A DNA stretch of 44,344 bases from Microbacteriaceae bacterium (GTDB lineage Bacteria; Actinomycetota; Actinomycetes; Actinomycetales; Microbacteriaceae). Numbering within the stretch: the stretch's first letter is position 1; every line of letters begins with the position of its first letter. The stretch covers positions 1 to 44,344 of the forward strand of contig JAYTXO010000036.1 in NCBI GenBank assembly GCA_043742905.1, read 5' to 3'. The notes under the pieces were generated by a model. It made no database searches, was not told where the DNA came from, and was given only the letters and a program-made list of their open reading frames with translations. The position numbers and the translations under genes were made by a program. This document shows positions 1-7,645 of the stretch, one piece after another.

Positions 1-87
1 ACCTACGTGCACTACGTCCGGCGCAAGACCGACGTTGACATCATCACCACGGTGCGCGGGCACGGATACAGACTGGGTGCGCTGTGA
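1..87 (+). CDS. OmpR/PhoB-family response regulator, C-terminal fragment (truncated by window edge)
   Basis: Frame 1 reads TYVHYVRRKTDVDIITTVRGHGYRLGAL*, the winged-helix C-terminal signature. Its TGA overlaps the GTG of the kinase (GTGA). Confidence 0.9.
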   Translation, partial: TYVHYVRRKTDVDIITTVRGHGYRLGAL

Positions 88-1127
88 GCCCCCACCCCGA
101 CCACGAGCCGGGAGTCAGTGCGTCACAGGGCACCGTGGCCGATCCGGATGCCGCGGCCCTCCGCCACGCCTCCCGCACAGTCGGCCTGCAAATCGCTCTG
201 GCGTCGAGCGTGCTCGTGCTTCTTGCGGTGATCGTTGCGTTCGCCTTCGTTTTTGCGCACCTCAACCCCGCGAAGCTGCTCGCCCTCGGGAACTACCAGG
301 GCACCATCGACGTCGACGGGGTCTACATCGTCGTCGCCGCGATCAGCATCGGCCTTGCCGCGAGCGCGCTGGCGGGGCTGCTGAGCTGGTTCGCGACGCG
401 TCGGGCGATCCGTCCGCTCGGCGAGGCACTGCGGCTGCAGCGCGACTTCGTCTCCAACGCCAGCCACGAACTCCGGACTCCGCTGGCCATCCTGGATGCG
501 CGGCTCCAGTATCTGCAGCGCGGCCTTGCCGCTGGCGACCCCACCGCAACGACCGTGGGCGAGTTGCGCCGCGACACCGGCACGCTCATCCAGATCGTCA
601 ACGATCTGTTGGTCACCGCCGAGGAAGGCGGCGCGCCGATCGCAGCCAAGGCCGTTGAGGTCAACCAGGTGGCGCAGTTCGCCGTGGACTCGATGAACAT
701 TCTGGCCGCCGAGAACGATGCGACGATCAGTCTGAGCGCGGCCACCCCGATGAGCGTGTCGATGCCCGCGGCCGCGATTCACCGCTGCGTTGTGGCGCTG
801 CTCGACAACGCTCTGCGGTTCTCACCCGCAGGATCAACCATTACCGTGAGCCTCGCCGCCGAGCGCGGAGTCGCCGAGCTGCGGGTTGCGGACGAGGGAC
901 CGGGCATCACCGGACTCGGCCCCGAGCGGGTCTTCGAGCGGTTCGCCCGCGGCGACAACGGCAACAAAGACAACAAGAAAGACAGCAGCGACCGGGCGGG
1001 GTTTGGCATCGGACTGGCACTGGTCAAGGACACCGTCGAACGGTCTGGCGGGACGGCCACCGTCGAGAGTACCGGACCAACTGGGACAGTAATGCTGCTG
1101 AGGATTCCGCGCTTACGGCGCCGCTGA
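84..1127 (+). CDS. Two-component sensor histidine kinase
   Basis: Two N-terminal TM segments. H-box FVSNASHELRTPL, N-box LLDNALRF, G1 VADEGPGI, F-box VFERF, G2 GFGIGL. Confidence 0.95.
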   Translation: MSPHPDHEPGVSASQGTVADPDAAALRHASRTVGLQIALASSVLVLLAVIVAFAFVFAHLNPAKLLALGNYQGTIDVDGVYIVVAAISIGLAASALAGLLSWFATRRAIRPLGEALRLQRDFVSNASHELRTPLAILDARLQYLQRGLAAGDPTATTVGELRRDTGTLIQIVNDLLVTAEEGGAPIAAKAVEVNQVAQFAVDSMNILAAENDATISLSAATPMSVSMPAAAIHRCVVALLDNALRFSPAGSTITVSLAAERGVAELRVADEGPGITGLGPERVFERFARGDNGNKDNKKDSSDRAGFGIGLALVKDTVERSGGTATVESTGPTGTVMLLRIPRLRRR

Positions 1128-1229
1128 GCTGCCACCGACACCGAGTGTCGTCCTGAACGTCTCCACAGAGTCCGTAGTGAAGCGCACAGAGTGGGAACTT
1201 TCTGGGGACGCCGGGGTTGACTTGGCATC

Positions 1230-2741
1230 ATGCCACAGTCTGACCAGCCCGCCGGGTTCGCGCGACGCGACATCGCCGCCGCGGCCACACTCGGCGTGGC
1301 CGCCATCGCGATCTCGGCGATCGGCTCGGGTACGGCCTCGCTCTGGGGCGACGAAGCGGCGAGCCTGCTCTCCGCCACGCGGCCGCTACCCTCACTCGCC
1401 GTCATGGCCCAACACGTCGACGCGGTGCACACGCTCTACTACTTCGGTCTGCACCTGTGGATCGGCGTGTTCGGCACCTCGCCCGTCGCCCTGCGCTTCC
1501 CCAGCGCTTTGGCTATTGGCCTGGCCGTCTCGGGGCTCGTGCTGCTGGGGCGACGGATGCGCTCACTGCGCTTCGGCATCCTGGCAGGCGCGATCGCCTC
1601 GGTGCTCCCGCGGCTGACCGACGTCGGGAGCGAGGCCAGATCGTTCGCGCTCACCGCGGCCGTCGCGGTCGGGCTGAGCCTGCTGATCACGATCCAACTT
1701 CAGTCGCCGCGCCCGAGCCGGCAGATCTGGATTGCCTACGCGGTTCTTCTGGCGTTCGGCACCGTCCTGTTTCTTTGGATTCTGCTCATCGCGGTCGCGC
1801 ACCTCGTAGTGCTTCTGCTGACGCGGCGCGAGCTGGTTCGCGGCTGGCGCGTGGCGTTCCTGGTGGCGATGGGCGGGGCGTCCCCCGTTCTGGTGTTCGC
1901 TGTGTTTGAGCGTGGGCAAGTCGCCTACCTGGCGACACGTCAGGCCTATGACGTGACCGCCCTCTTCGTCACCCCGTGGTTCGAGAGCCCCTGGGTGGCT
2001 CTCGGAGCATGGCCGCTGGTGATCGTGGGCGTCGCGCTCGCGATCCGGGACTGGCGGACCCGCGGCGACCGCTGGCGGACGGCTAGCCCCACTTCGGTGT
2101 CGGCGCTGATCCCGGTTGCCTGGATGCTCATCCCGGCCGTTGCTCTGATCGCCAGCAGCGTCGTGGTCGCCGTCTACACGCCGCGCTATCTCGCAATGTG
2201 TGCGCCAGCCATCGCCCTGCTGATCGCCGTCCCGATCGATGCCCTCCTCGGATCACCCCGGCGGGCGTCTGCACCCCTGGCCGTCGTCGCCCTGCTCGCC
2301 ATCGTCGCGCTGATCGCGCCAGTCTGGATCGCACAGCGCGGCCCATACGCGAAGAACTACAGCGACTGGGCGCAGATCAGCGCCAAACTGGCAGCAACCG
2401 CGCGCCCGGGTGACGCGGTCGCCTTCGACGACTCGACCCGCCCGTCTCGCCGCACCCGACTGGCGCTGCACAGCTATCCGGCGGGCTTCAAGGGGCTGAT
2501 CGATGTCACGCTGAAAACCCCGTACGCCGACACCAGCAGCTGGTACGACGCCACATACACATTGGCGCAGGCGCAGGCGCTCGGACGGCTCAGCGCTGTC
2601 ACGCGGATCTGGGTCGTCGAATACGCCGTCCCCGGACACGTGGATCAGACTGGACTGGCGACCCTGAAGGCCGCCGGATTCCGGGTGACCGCGACGATCC
2701 GCAATCACCGCAGCGAGATCGTCGGGCTCGAGCGCAGCTAA
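1230..2741 (+). CDS. Membrane glycosyltransferase, GT-C fold (GT39/PMT-like mannosyltransferase)
   Basis: SLWGDEAAS acidic loop motif, HTLYY, LRFPSA, EARSFAL and PRYL motifs. Many TM helices followed by an extracellular C-terminal domain. Confidence 0.8.
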   Translation: MPQSDQPAGFARRDIAAAATLGVAAIAISAIGSGTASLWGDEAASLLSATRPLPSLAVMAQHVDAVHTLYYFGLHLWIGVFGTSPVALRFPSALAIGLAVSGLVLLGRRMRSLRFGILAGAIASVLPRLTDVGSEARSFALTAAVAVGLSLLITIQLQSPRPSRQIWIAYAVLLAFGTVLFLWILLIAVAHLVVLLLTRRELVRGWRVAFLVAMGGASPVLVFAVFERGQVAYLATRQAYDVTALFVTPWFESPWVALGAWPLVIVGVALAIRDWRTRGDRWRTASPTSVSALIPVAWMLIPAVALIASSVVVAVYTPRYLAMCAPAIALLIAVPIDALLGSPRRASAPLAVVALLAIVALIAPVWIAQRGPYAKNYSDWAQISAKLAATARPGDAVAFDDSTRPSRRTRLALHSYPAGFKGLIDVTLKTPYADTSSWYDATYTLAQAQALGRLSAVTRIWVVEYAVPGHVDQTGLATLKAAGFRVTATIRNHRSEIVGLERS

Positions 2742-2789
2742 GGGCCTGCCTCTCTCAGAAACATCTGTGGGCCATCTTCGTAGACTTCG

Positions 2790-5402
2790 ATGATGTTCGT
2801 CCGTCGAGTCCTCCGTCTTCTTGAGCTCGAGCGGCGAGCGATCTTGCGTTCGGGCCCGGTCATCCCGCGCACCGTGCTGTATGAGTCATTCGCTGGCAAT
2901 GGGGCCCTGGATAGCCCCGAGGCGATCTTCCGGGCGCTTCTCGACGATCCGGAGTTCGCGGGGCTCCACCACATCTGGGCGCTCGATCGCAGGGCGGGTG
3001 CCAACTTCCGCCACGAGTTCGCGGGGCATTCTCGTGTTCGATTCGTGCGGTCGCGTTCGGCCGGCTACCTGCAAGCGCTCGCCCGCAGCCAGTACCTGAT
3101 CACCAATGCGACCTTTCCGCCGGAATTCCAGAAGCGTCAGGGGCAGACCGTCGTCAACACCTGGCACGGAACTCCACTCAAGCGCATGGGGTACGACATG
3201 CCTGACGGGGCATACGAAGCGGCCAATACGATGCGCAACTTCTTGGCATCGGACGTGCTGCTCGCGCAGAATCCGCACATGACGCGGATGTACCTCGACG
3301 CCTACCGACTGGAGGGCACCTTCCGGGGCCGGATTCTCGAGCTCGGCTACCCGCGGACCGATCGACAGCACCTCGACGCAGAGGGCCTTGACCGCGGCAT
3401 CCAGGCTTTGAGCGAAGCCGGGATCGAGGTCGGCGACCGCCGTCTCGTCGTGTACGCGCCGACCTGGAAGGGCGCCAACTTTTCGTCACCGCGCGACGAT
3501 GCCGAGGAACTCCTCGCCGCCGTCCACGGGCTGCAGACCTTGCTCGGCGACGGGTACCGCGTGCTGCTCAAGGCCCACCAGGCTGTGCACGAAGCCGTCG
3601 CGGGGAGGGCCGGCCGCGGGGTACTCATCCCCAACGACATCCCGAGCAATGTGGTCCTCGGTCTCGCTGACGTTCTGATCACCGACTACTCGTCAATCTT
3701 CGTTGACTTCCTCGGGACCGGGAGGCGGATCGTCTTCTACACGCCCGACGAGTCCGATTACGAGCGCGACCGCGGGACATATTTCAGCACCGAGGAACTG
3801 CCGGGGGCCGTCACCACAACACTGCCCGAGCTTGCCGCCGCGATCCTCGCCCCGGAAGACGAGCGGAGCGAACTCGCCGCCAGCTGGCGCCAGAACTTCA
3901 CCGGGCGGGACGACGGTCACGCGAGTGCTCGCCTGATCGACGCAGTGTTCCGCGACGACGCCAAGGTGCGTGTCTCCTCGGCGGCGCCCACCCCCATCCA
4001 CCGACGTTCAGTGCTGATCTACCTCGGCGGCATGCGATCGAACGGCATCACCAACTCGGCGCTTAACCTCCTCGCGCACCTCGACCACGTCGCGCTCGAC
4101 GTCTCGGTGCTTATCGCCCGACCGCGCACCCGCGACCAACGTGCCAACGCGGAGCGGATCGATCCGCGCGTTCGCCAGTTCCATCGCGTAGGCGGGCTCA
4201 CCGCGCGCCCCTCCACAGAGGCGCTGATGCGCCTGATCGGCCGACTGTGGCCGCGCCATCAGGAGCCCAGATGGGAGCGTCGCCTCTGGGAGAACGAGTG
4301 GCAACGTTGCCTCGGGGATGCACGCTTCGACACCGTCATCGACTTCAGCGGCTACAGCCGATTCTGGACCAAGCTCGTGCTGCATTCTCCTTCGGCGCGT
4401 CGACTGATCTGGCTACACAATGAAATGTCTGCCGAAGTGGATCGGCCGGTCGCCGGGCGACGCCGGATGCGGCGCTCACTCCCCGCAGTCTTCTCGCTGT
4501 ACCCGCGCTTCGACGGCTTGGTGTCGGTATCGAGCGAGCTGTCTGCCGCCAACCGGCAGGAGCTCGGCGATCGCTTCCACGTGCCGACCGGGCACTTCCT
4601 CTCGGCCAGGAACGTCATCGACGAGGTCTCGGCGCAGGAACGTCTGCGCGAACCGCTGCGCGAGGCCGCGCAGCTCGTGGATGCTGAGACCGGCGAGACC
4701 TCACTGCCCGAATGGGTGGACCAGCTCACGGCCGACGACGGCGCCCGCTGGTTCGTCACAGTCGGTCGGCTCAGCCCCGAGAAGAACCAGGCCCGCCTGC
4801 TCGAGGCGTTTGCAATAGTGCATGCCGGATATCCGGAGACCCGCATGATCCTGATCGGCGACGGACCGCTCCGCGGCGAGCTGGAGGCCCGTCGCGACGC
4901 CCTCGGGCTCGGCGATGCCGTGGTCGTCGCTGGCGCGCTCGCGAATCCGTTCCCCGTGCTCGCGCAGGCCGATTGCTTCGTACTCTCCAGCGACTACGAA
5001 GGGCAGCCGATGGTCCTGCTCGAGGCGGCAGTTGCCGGGCTCCCCATCGTCACCGTGCGGTTCGGATCGGTCGCGGATGCCGTGCCCGGCGACGAGTTGC
5101 ACATCGTCCATCAGACGGTCGAGGGGCTCGCCCAGGGGATGCGCGACTACCTCGACGGCGCGGTGCAGGCCAGCGGGCTCGACTCGGAGGAATACAACGC
5201 TCTCGCCTTGCGGGAGTTCGGGGCGGCGATCGAGTCAGACGACGACTCGTCGGCAGCCTCTTTGTCGTCGTCGTCGGGAGCCGAGATCTCGGCGAGCGGG
5301 GTGACCACTACCGGGGCCGCCAAGACGGTAACAACCGTCGGACACACGTCGGTCTCCTCGACCGGGGACCGCCGCCGTCACGACCCATATTCCCGCGAAT
5401 AA
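2790..5402 (+). CDS. CDP-glycerol glycerophosphotransferase (TagF-like) fused to a C-terminal GT4 glycosyltransferase
   Basis: TagF motifs YESF, NTWHGTPLK, GYPRTD, YAPTWK and LITDYSS. GT4 motifs VGRLSPEKN and SSDYEGQPMVLLEA. TAGACT -10 box at 2781-2786. Confidence 0.9.
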   Translation: MMFVRRVLRLLELERRAILRSGPVIPRTVLYESFAGNGALDSPEAIFRALLDDPEFAGLHHIWALDRRAGANFRHEFAGHSRVRFVRSRSAGYLQALARSQYLITNATFPPEFQKRQGQTVVNTWHGTPLKRMGYDMPDGAYEAANTMRNFLASDVLLAQNPHMTRMYLDAYRLEGTFRGRILELGYPRTDRQHLDAEGLDRGIQALSEAGIEVGDRRLVVYAPTWKGANFSSPRDDAEELLAAVHGLQTLLGDGYRVLLKAHQAVHEAVAGRAGRGVLIPNDIPSNVVLGLADVLITDYSSIFVDFLGTGRRIVFYTPDESDYERDRGTYFSTEELPGAVTTTLPELAAAILAPEDERSELAASWRQNFTGRDDGHASARLIDAVFRDDAKVRVSSAAPTPIHRRSVLIYLGGMRSNGITNSALNLLAHLDHVALDVSVLIARPRTRDQRANAERIDPRVRQFHRVGGLTARPSTEALMRLIGRLWPRHQEPRWERRLWENEWQRCLGDARFDTVIDFSGYSRFWTKLVLHSPSARRLIWLHNEMSAEVDRPVAGRRRMRRSLPAVFSLYPRFDGLVSVSSELSAANRQELGDRFHVPTGHFLSARNVIDEVSAQERLREPLREAAQLVDAETGETSLPEWVDQLTADDGARWFVTVGRLSPEKNQARLLEAFAIVHAGYPETRMILIGDGPLRGELEARRDALGLGDAVVVAGALANPFPVLAQADCFVLSSDYEGQPMVLLEAAVAGLPIVTVRFGSVADAVPGDELHIVHQTVEGLAQGMRDYLDGAVQASGLDSEEYNALALREFGAAIESDDDSSAASLSSSSGAEISASGVTTTGAAKTVTTVGHTSVSSTGDRRRHDPYSRE

Positions 5403-5450
5403 TCCCCCCAATGGCTCGCCGAATGCGCGACGGGCCCGCGCCAACTCGCA
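5147..5450 (-). pseudogene. Possible frameshifted small membrane protein, antisense to and overlapping the TagF-GT4 tail
   Basis: Joining three frames gives GAGPSRIRRAIGGII / AGIWVVTAAV / VEETDVCPTVVTVLAAPVVVTPLAEISAPDDDDKEAADE: two hydrophobic segments and an acidic tail. This requires two frameshifts. Confidence 0.25.
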
Positions 5451-5539
5451 CTCAACCTCCGAGAGAGCAGAGACGCTGCTGTTCACCTTCGTGCCGCGGA
5501 GGGCCGCCGGGATTCGATCCGGGGACTACCGTGACGAGC

Positions 5540-5754
5540 ATGCACTTGCTCGCGGTCATCGTCGTGATCGCGACCGTGAGGTCCGTGCGGCAGCGGGTGC
5601 TCGCGGCGTCCCGCACGTCCGGCCCGGCGCTCGACCTGGACGGCTGACCACTCGGCGGGGGCGACGGATCACCTTCGGCGCGGCAGGCGTCGCCGCGGTC
5701 CTGTTCGGCGGCCTCGCGGTCGCGGGCATCACCAGCGGCTTGCCCCAACACTGA
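5540..5754 (+). pseudogene. Possible frameshifted small two-TM membrane protein
   Basis: ATG 5540 gives MHLLAVIVVIATVRSVRQRVLAASRTSGPALDLD. After one frameshift near 5640 it continues RLTTRRGRRITFGAAGVAAVLFGGLAVAGITSGLPQH*. Both parts show GC3-rich codon use. Confidence 0.35.
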
Positions 5755-5825
5755 CGCCCGGCGCCGCCATCGGATTGCAAACTTTCGACGAGTGGCTGGC
5801 CGCGCTCCGCGAGTAACGTCGCAGT

Positions 5826-6773
5826 ATGCGAGCTATCCACCTCACCGAGTTCGGCGGTCCCGAGAAACTCGTCGTCAGCGAACGACCCGATCCCGTGGCT
5901 GGCGACGGCGAAGAGGTGCTCCAGGTTTTGGCGGCTGGCATTAACTACGCCGACACGCACCAGACCGAGGACTCGTACCTTGCGAAGCAAACCCTGCCAC
6001 TCATCCCGGGCAGCGAGGTCGTGGTGCGCGGTGCGGACGGTAACCGGCTGCTGGGTATGGTCTCGGGCGGCGGCTACGCCGAACGCATCGCGGTGAACCC
6101 GAGGCACCTCTTTTCCATCCCCGACGTGGTGAGCGACAGCGACGCGCTCACCACGCTCGTGCAGGGTGCGACCGCCTGGCACCTGCTCCGCACCAGCGCG
6201 CACCTCGCCGCGGGCGAGACGGTCGTCGTACACGCCGGGGCGGGCGGCGTCGGAACCATCGCTATCCAGCTCGCGAAGAAATGGGGTGCAGCTCGCGTGA
6301 TTGCGACCGCATCCAGCCCCGAGAAACGCGCCATCGCCATCGAACTCGGCGCGGATGTCGCGATCGATTCCCGCGTAGCCGACCTCACGACCGCCCTCCG
6401 GGACGCCAACGGCGGCCGCGGCGTCGACGTGGTCCTGGAGATGACCGGCGGCCCGGTCTTCGACGCGAGCCTGCGCGCCCTCGCCCCGCTCGGCCGCCTC
6501 GCCGTGTTCGGTATGGCGGGCCGCGTCCCGCCGCACGACGTCCCGGTCGGCATGCTGATGGCCCGCAGCACCGCCGTTATCGGCTTCTGGTTGGTGCACG
6601 TCGTGCAGCGTCCTGCGATGTTCGCCGAGGCTGTGACCGACCTGCTCGGGATGCTCGCTCGCGATGAACTGCGCACGGTGATCGGCGGCCACTACTCGCT
6701 CGACACGATCGCAGACGCTCACCGCTCCCTGCTCGATCGCAGCTCGGTGGGGAAGCTGATCCTGGTCCCCTAA
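5826..6773 (+). CDS. NADPH:quinone oxidoreductase (MDR/zeta-crystallin family)
   Basis: MRAI..FGGPEKL, AAGINYAD, IPGSE and HAGAGGVG nucleotide-binding motif, C-terminal GKLIL. TAACGT -10 box at 5814-5819, 6 nt before the ATG. Confidence 0.9.
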   Translation: MRAIHLTEFGGPEKLVVSERPDPVAGDGEEVLQVLAAGINYADTHQTEDSYLAKQTLPLIPGSEVVVRGADGNRLLGMVSGGGYAERIAVNPRHLFSIPDVVSDSDALTTLVQGATAWHLLRTSAHLAAGETVVVHAGAGGVGTIAIQLAKKWGAARVIATASSPEKRAIAIELGADVAIDSRVADLTTALRDANGGRGVDVVLEMTGGPVFDASLRALAPLGRLAVFGMAGRVPPHDVPVGMLMARSTAVIGFWLVHVVQRPAMFAEAVTDLLGMLARDELRTVIGGHYSLDTIADAHRSLLDRSSVGKLILVP

Positions 6774-6850
6774 CCGCTGGGTCCTGCCCGCTGGGTCCTG
6801 CCCGCGGGCTCCTGCCCGCTGGGTCCTGCCGCGGCGTCCTGCCCGCGGGG
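6774..6850. repeat. 14-bp tandem repeat (CCGCTGGGTCCTGC), about 5.5 copies
   Basis: Copies start at 6774, 6788, 6802 (variant), 6816, 6830 (13-bp variant) and 6843 (partial), immediately after the oxidoreductase stop codon. Confidence 0.9.
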
Positions 6851-7018
6851 AAATGTGCCGAGCGCGGTCGTTCGAACAACAGCGCGCGGCACAAACCCAC
6901 GCGCGACCAAGATCCGATGTTGCCGACCGCGAGCAGATCCACCTGCCCAGCGCGTCACGCGGCCCAGCGCGCCACGCAGCTCTTCGCCGCCACCGCGGCG
7001 AGCTCGTGTCAACCCTCG

Positions 7019-7645
7019 TCAGTCGTTCTCGACCACAAAGTCCCAGTTCGCGACGGGACGCTGCTGATCTGGAGCCCACTGCAGGATGCCCTCGCCGGTC
7101 ACCATCACCGCCCGCAACTCGAAGCTGACCGCCTGACCCGGTTCCACCGTGGGCGGGGGACCCGGCTGCCCGGGAATCGCGGCGAGCTCATAGACCGCCC
7201 CGAGGTGGTCCACCGCGTGGAACTGCGCGAGCGCGAGCGGCATGCTTGCGCTCGCCGACTCGAGGGTGACCCGGAAAGTCACCGTCGTTGCCGCCGCGCG
7301 GAACGGGAGCCCCTCCCCCGGTACGACCGGTCCCGTCACTGTCGCACGCACGGTCGCATGGTTCTTGAGCCGGACGTCCACGGGGTCGCCCTCGACCGTG
7401 AGCGCGGGCTTCGCCGCCGTGCCGGTGAGCGCGCTGTCTGCGGTGAGGGACGAGGGGGGCAGGTACGAGGGCAGCGTGCCGTATGCGGGTTCGGACGCGC
7501 CAGCCGCCACCGGATGCCCCACCTCAGCCGAGCATCCGGTCAACCCGATCCCCAGCACCGTCACCGCCGCGACCGCCGCCACTCCGACTAGCAGGGTGAC
7601 GGCGACGCGGAAACGACGAGCAGGCGCGAGGATCAGTGACCCCAC
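7019..7645 (-). CDS. Hypothetical lipoprotein
   Basis: Basic/hydrophobic signal region with lipobox LTGC and a beta-rich C-terminal domain. The start overlaps the end of the phosphoesterase gene. Confidence 0.75.
   Translation of the reverse strand: MGSLILAPARRFRVAVTLLVGVAAVAAVTVLGIGLTGCSAEVGHPVAAGASEPAYGTLPSYLPPSSLTADSALTGTAAKPALTVEGDPVDVRLKNHATVRATVTGPVVPGEGLPFRAAATTVTFRVTLESASASMPLALAQFHAVDHLGAVYELAAIPGQPGPPPTVEPGQAVSFELRAVMVTGEGILQWAPDQQRPVANWDFVVEND

Noticed and set aside
6774-6850. Repeat array as a possible CRISPR
   Set aside because: The units are 14 bp and directly adjacent, with no unique spacers and no cas genes.
6853-7015. Minus-strand peptide VDLLAVGNIGSWSRVG, faintly like a RimJ-type GNAT remnant
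   Set aside because: It is too short and interrupted to support without a homology search.
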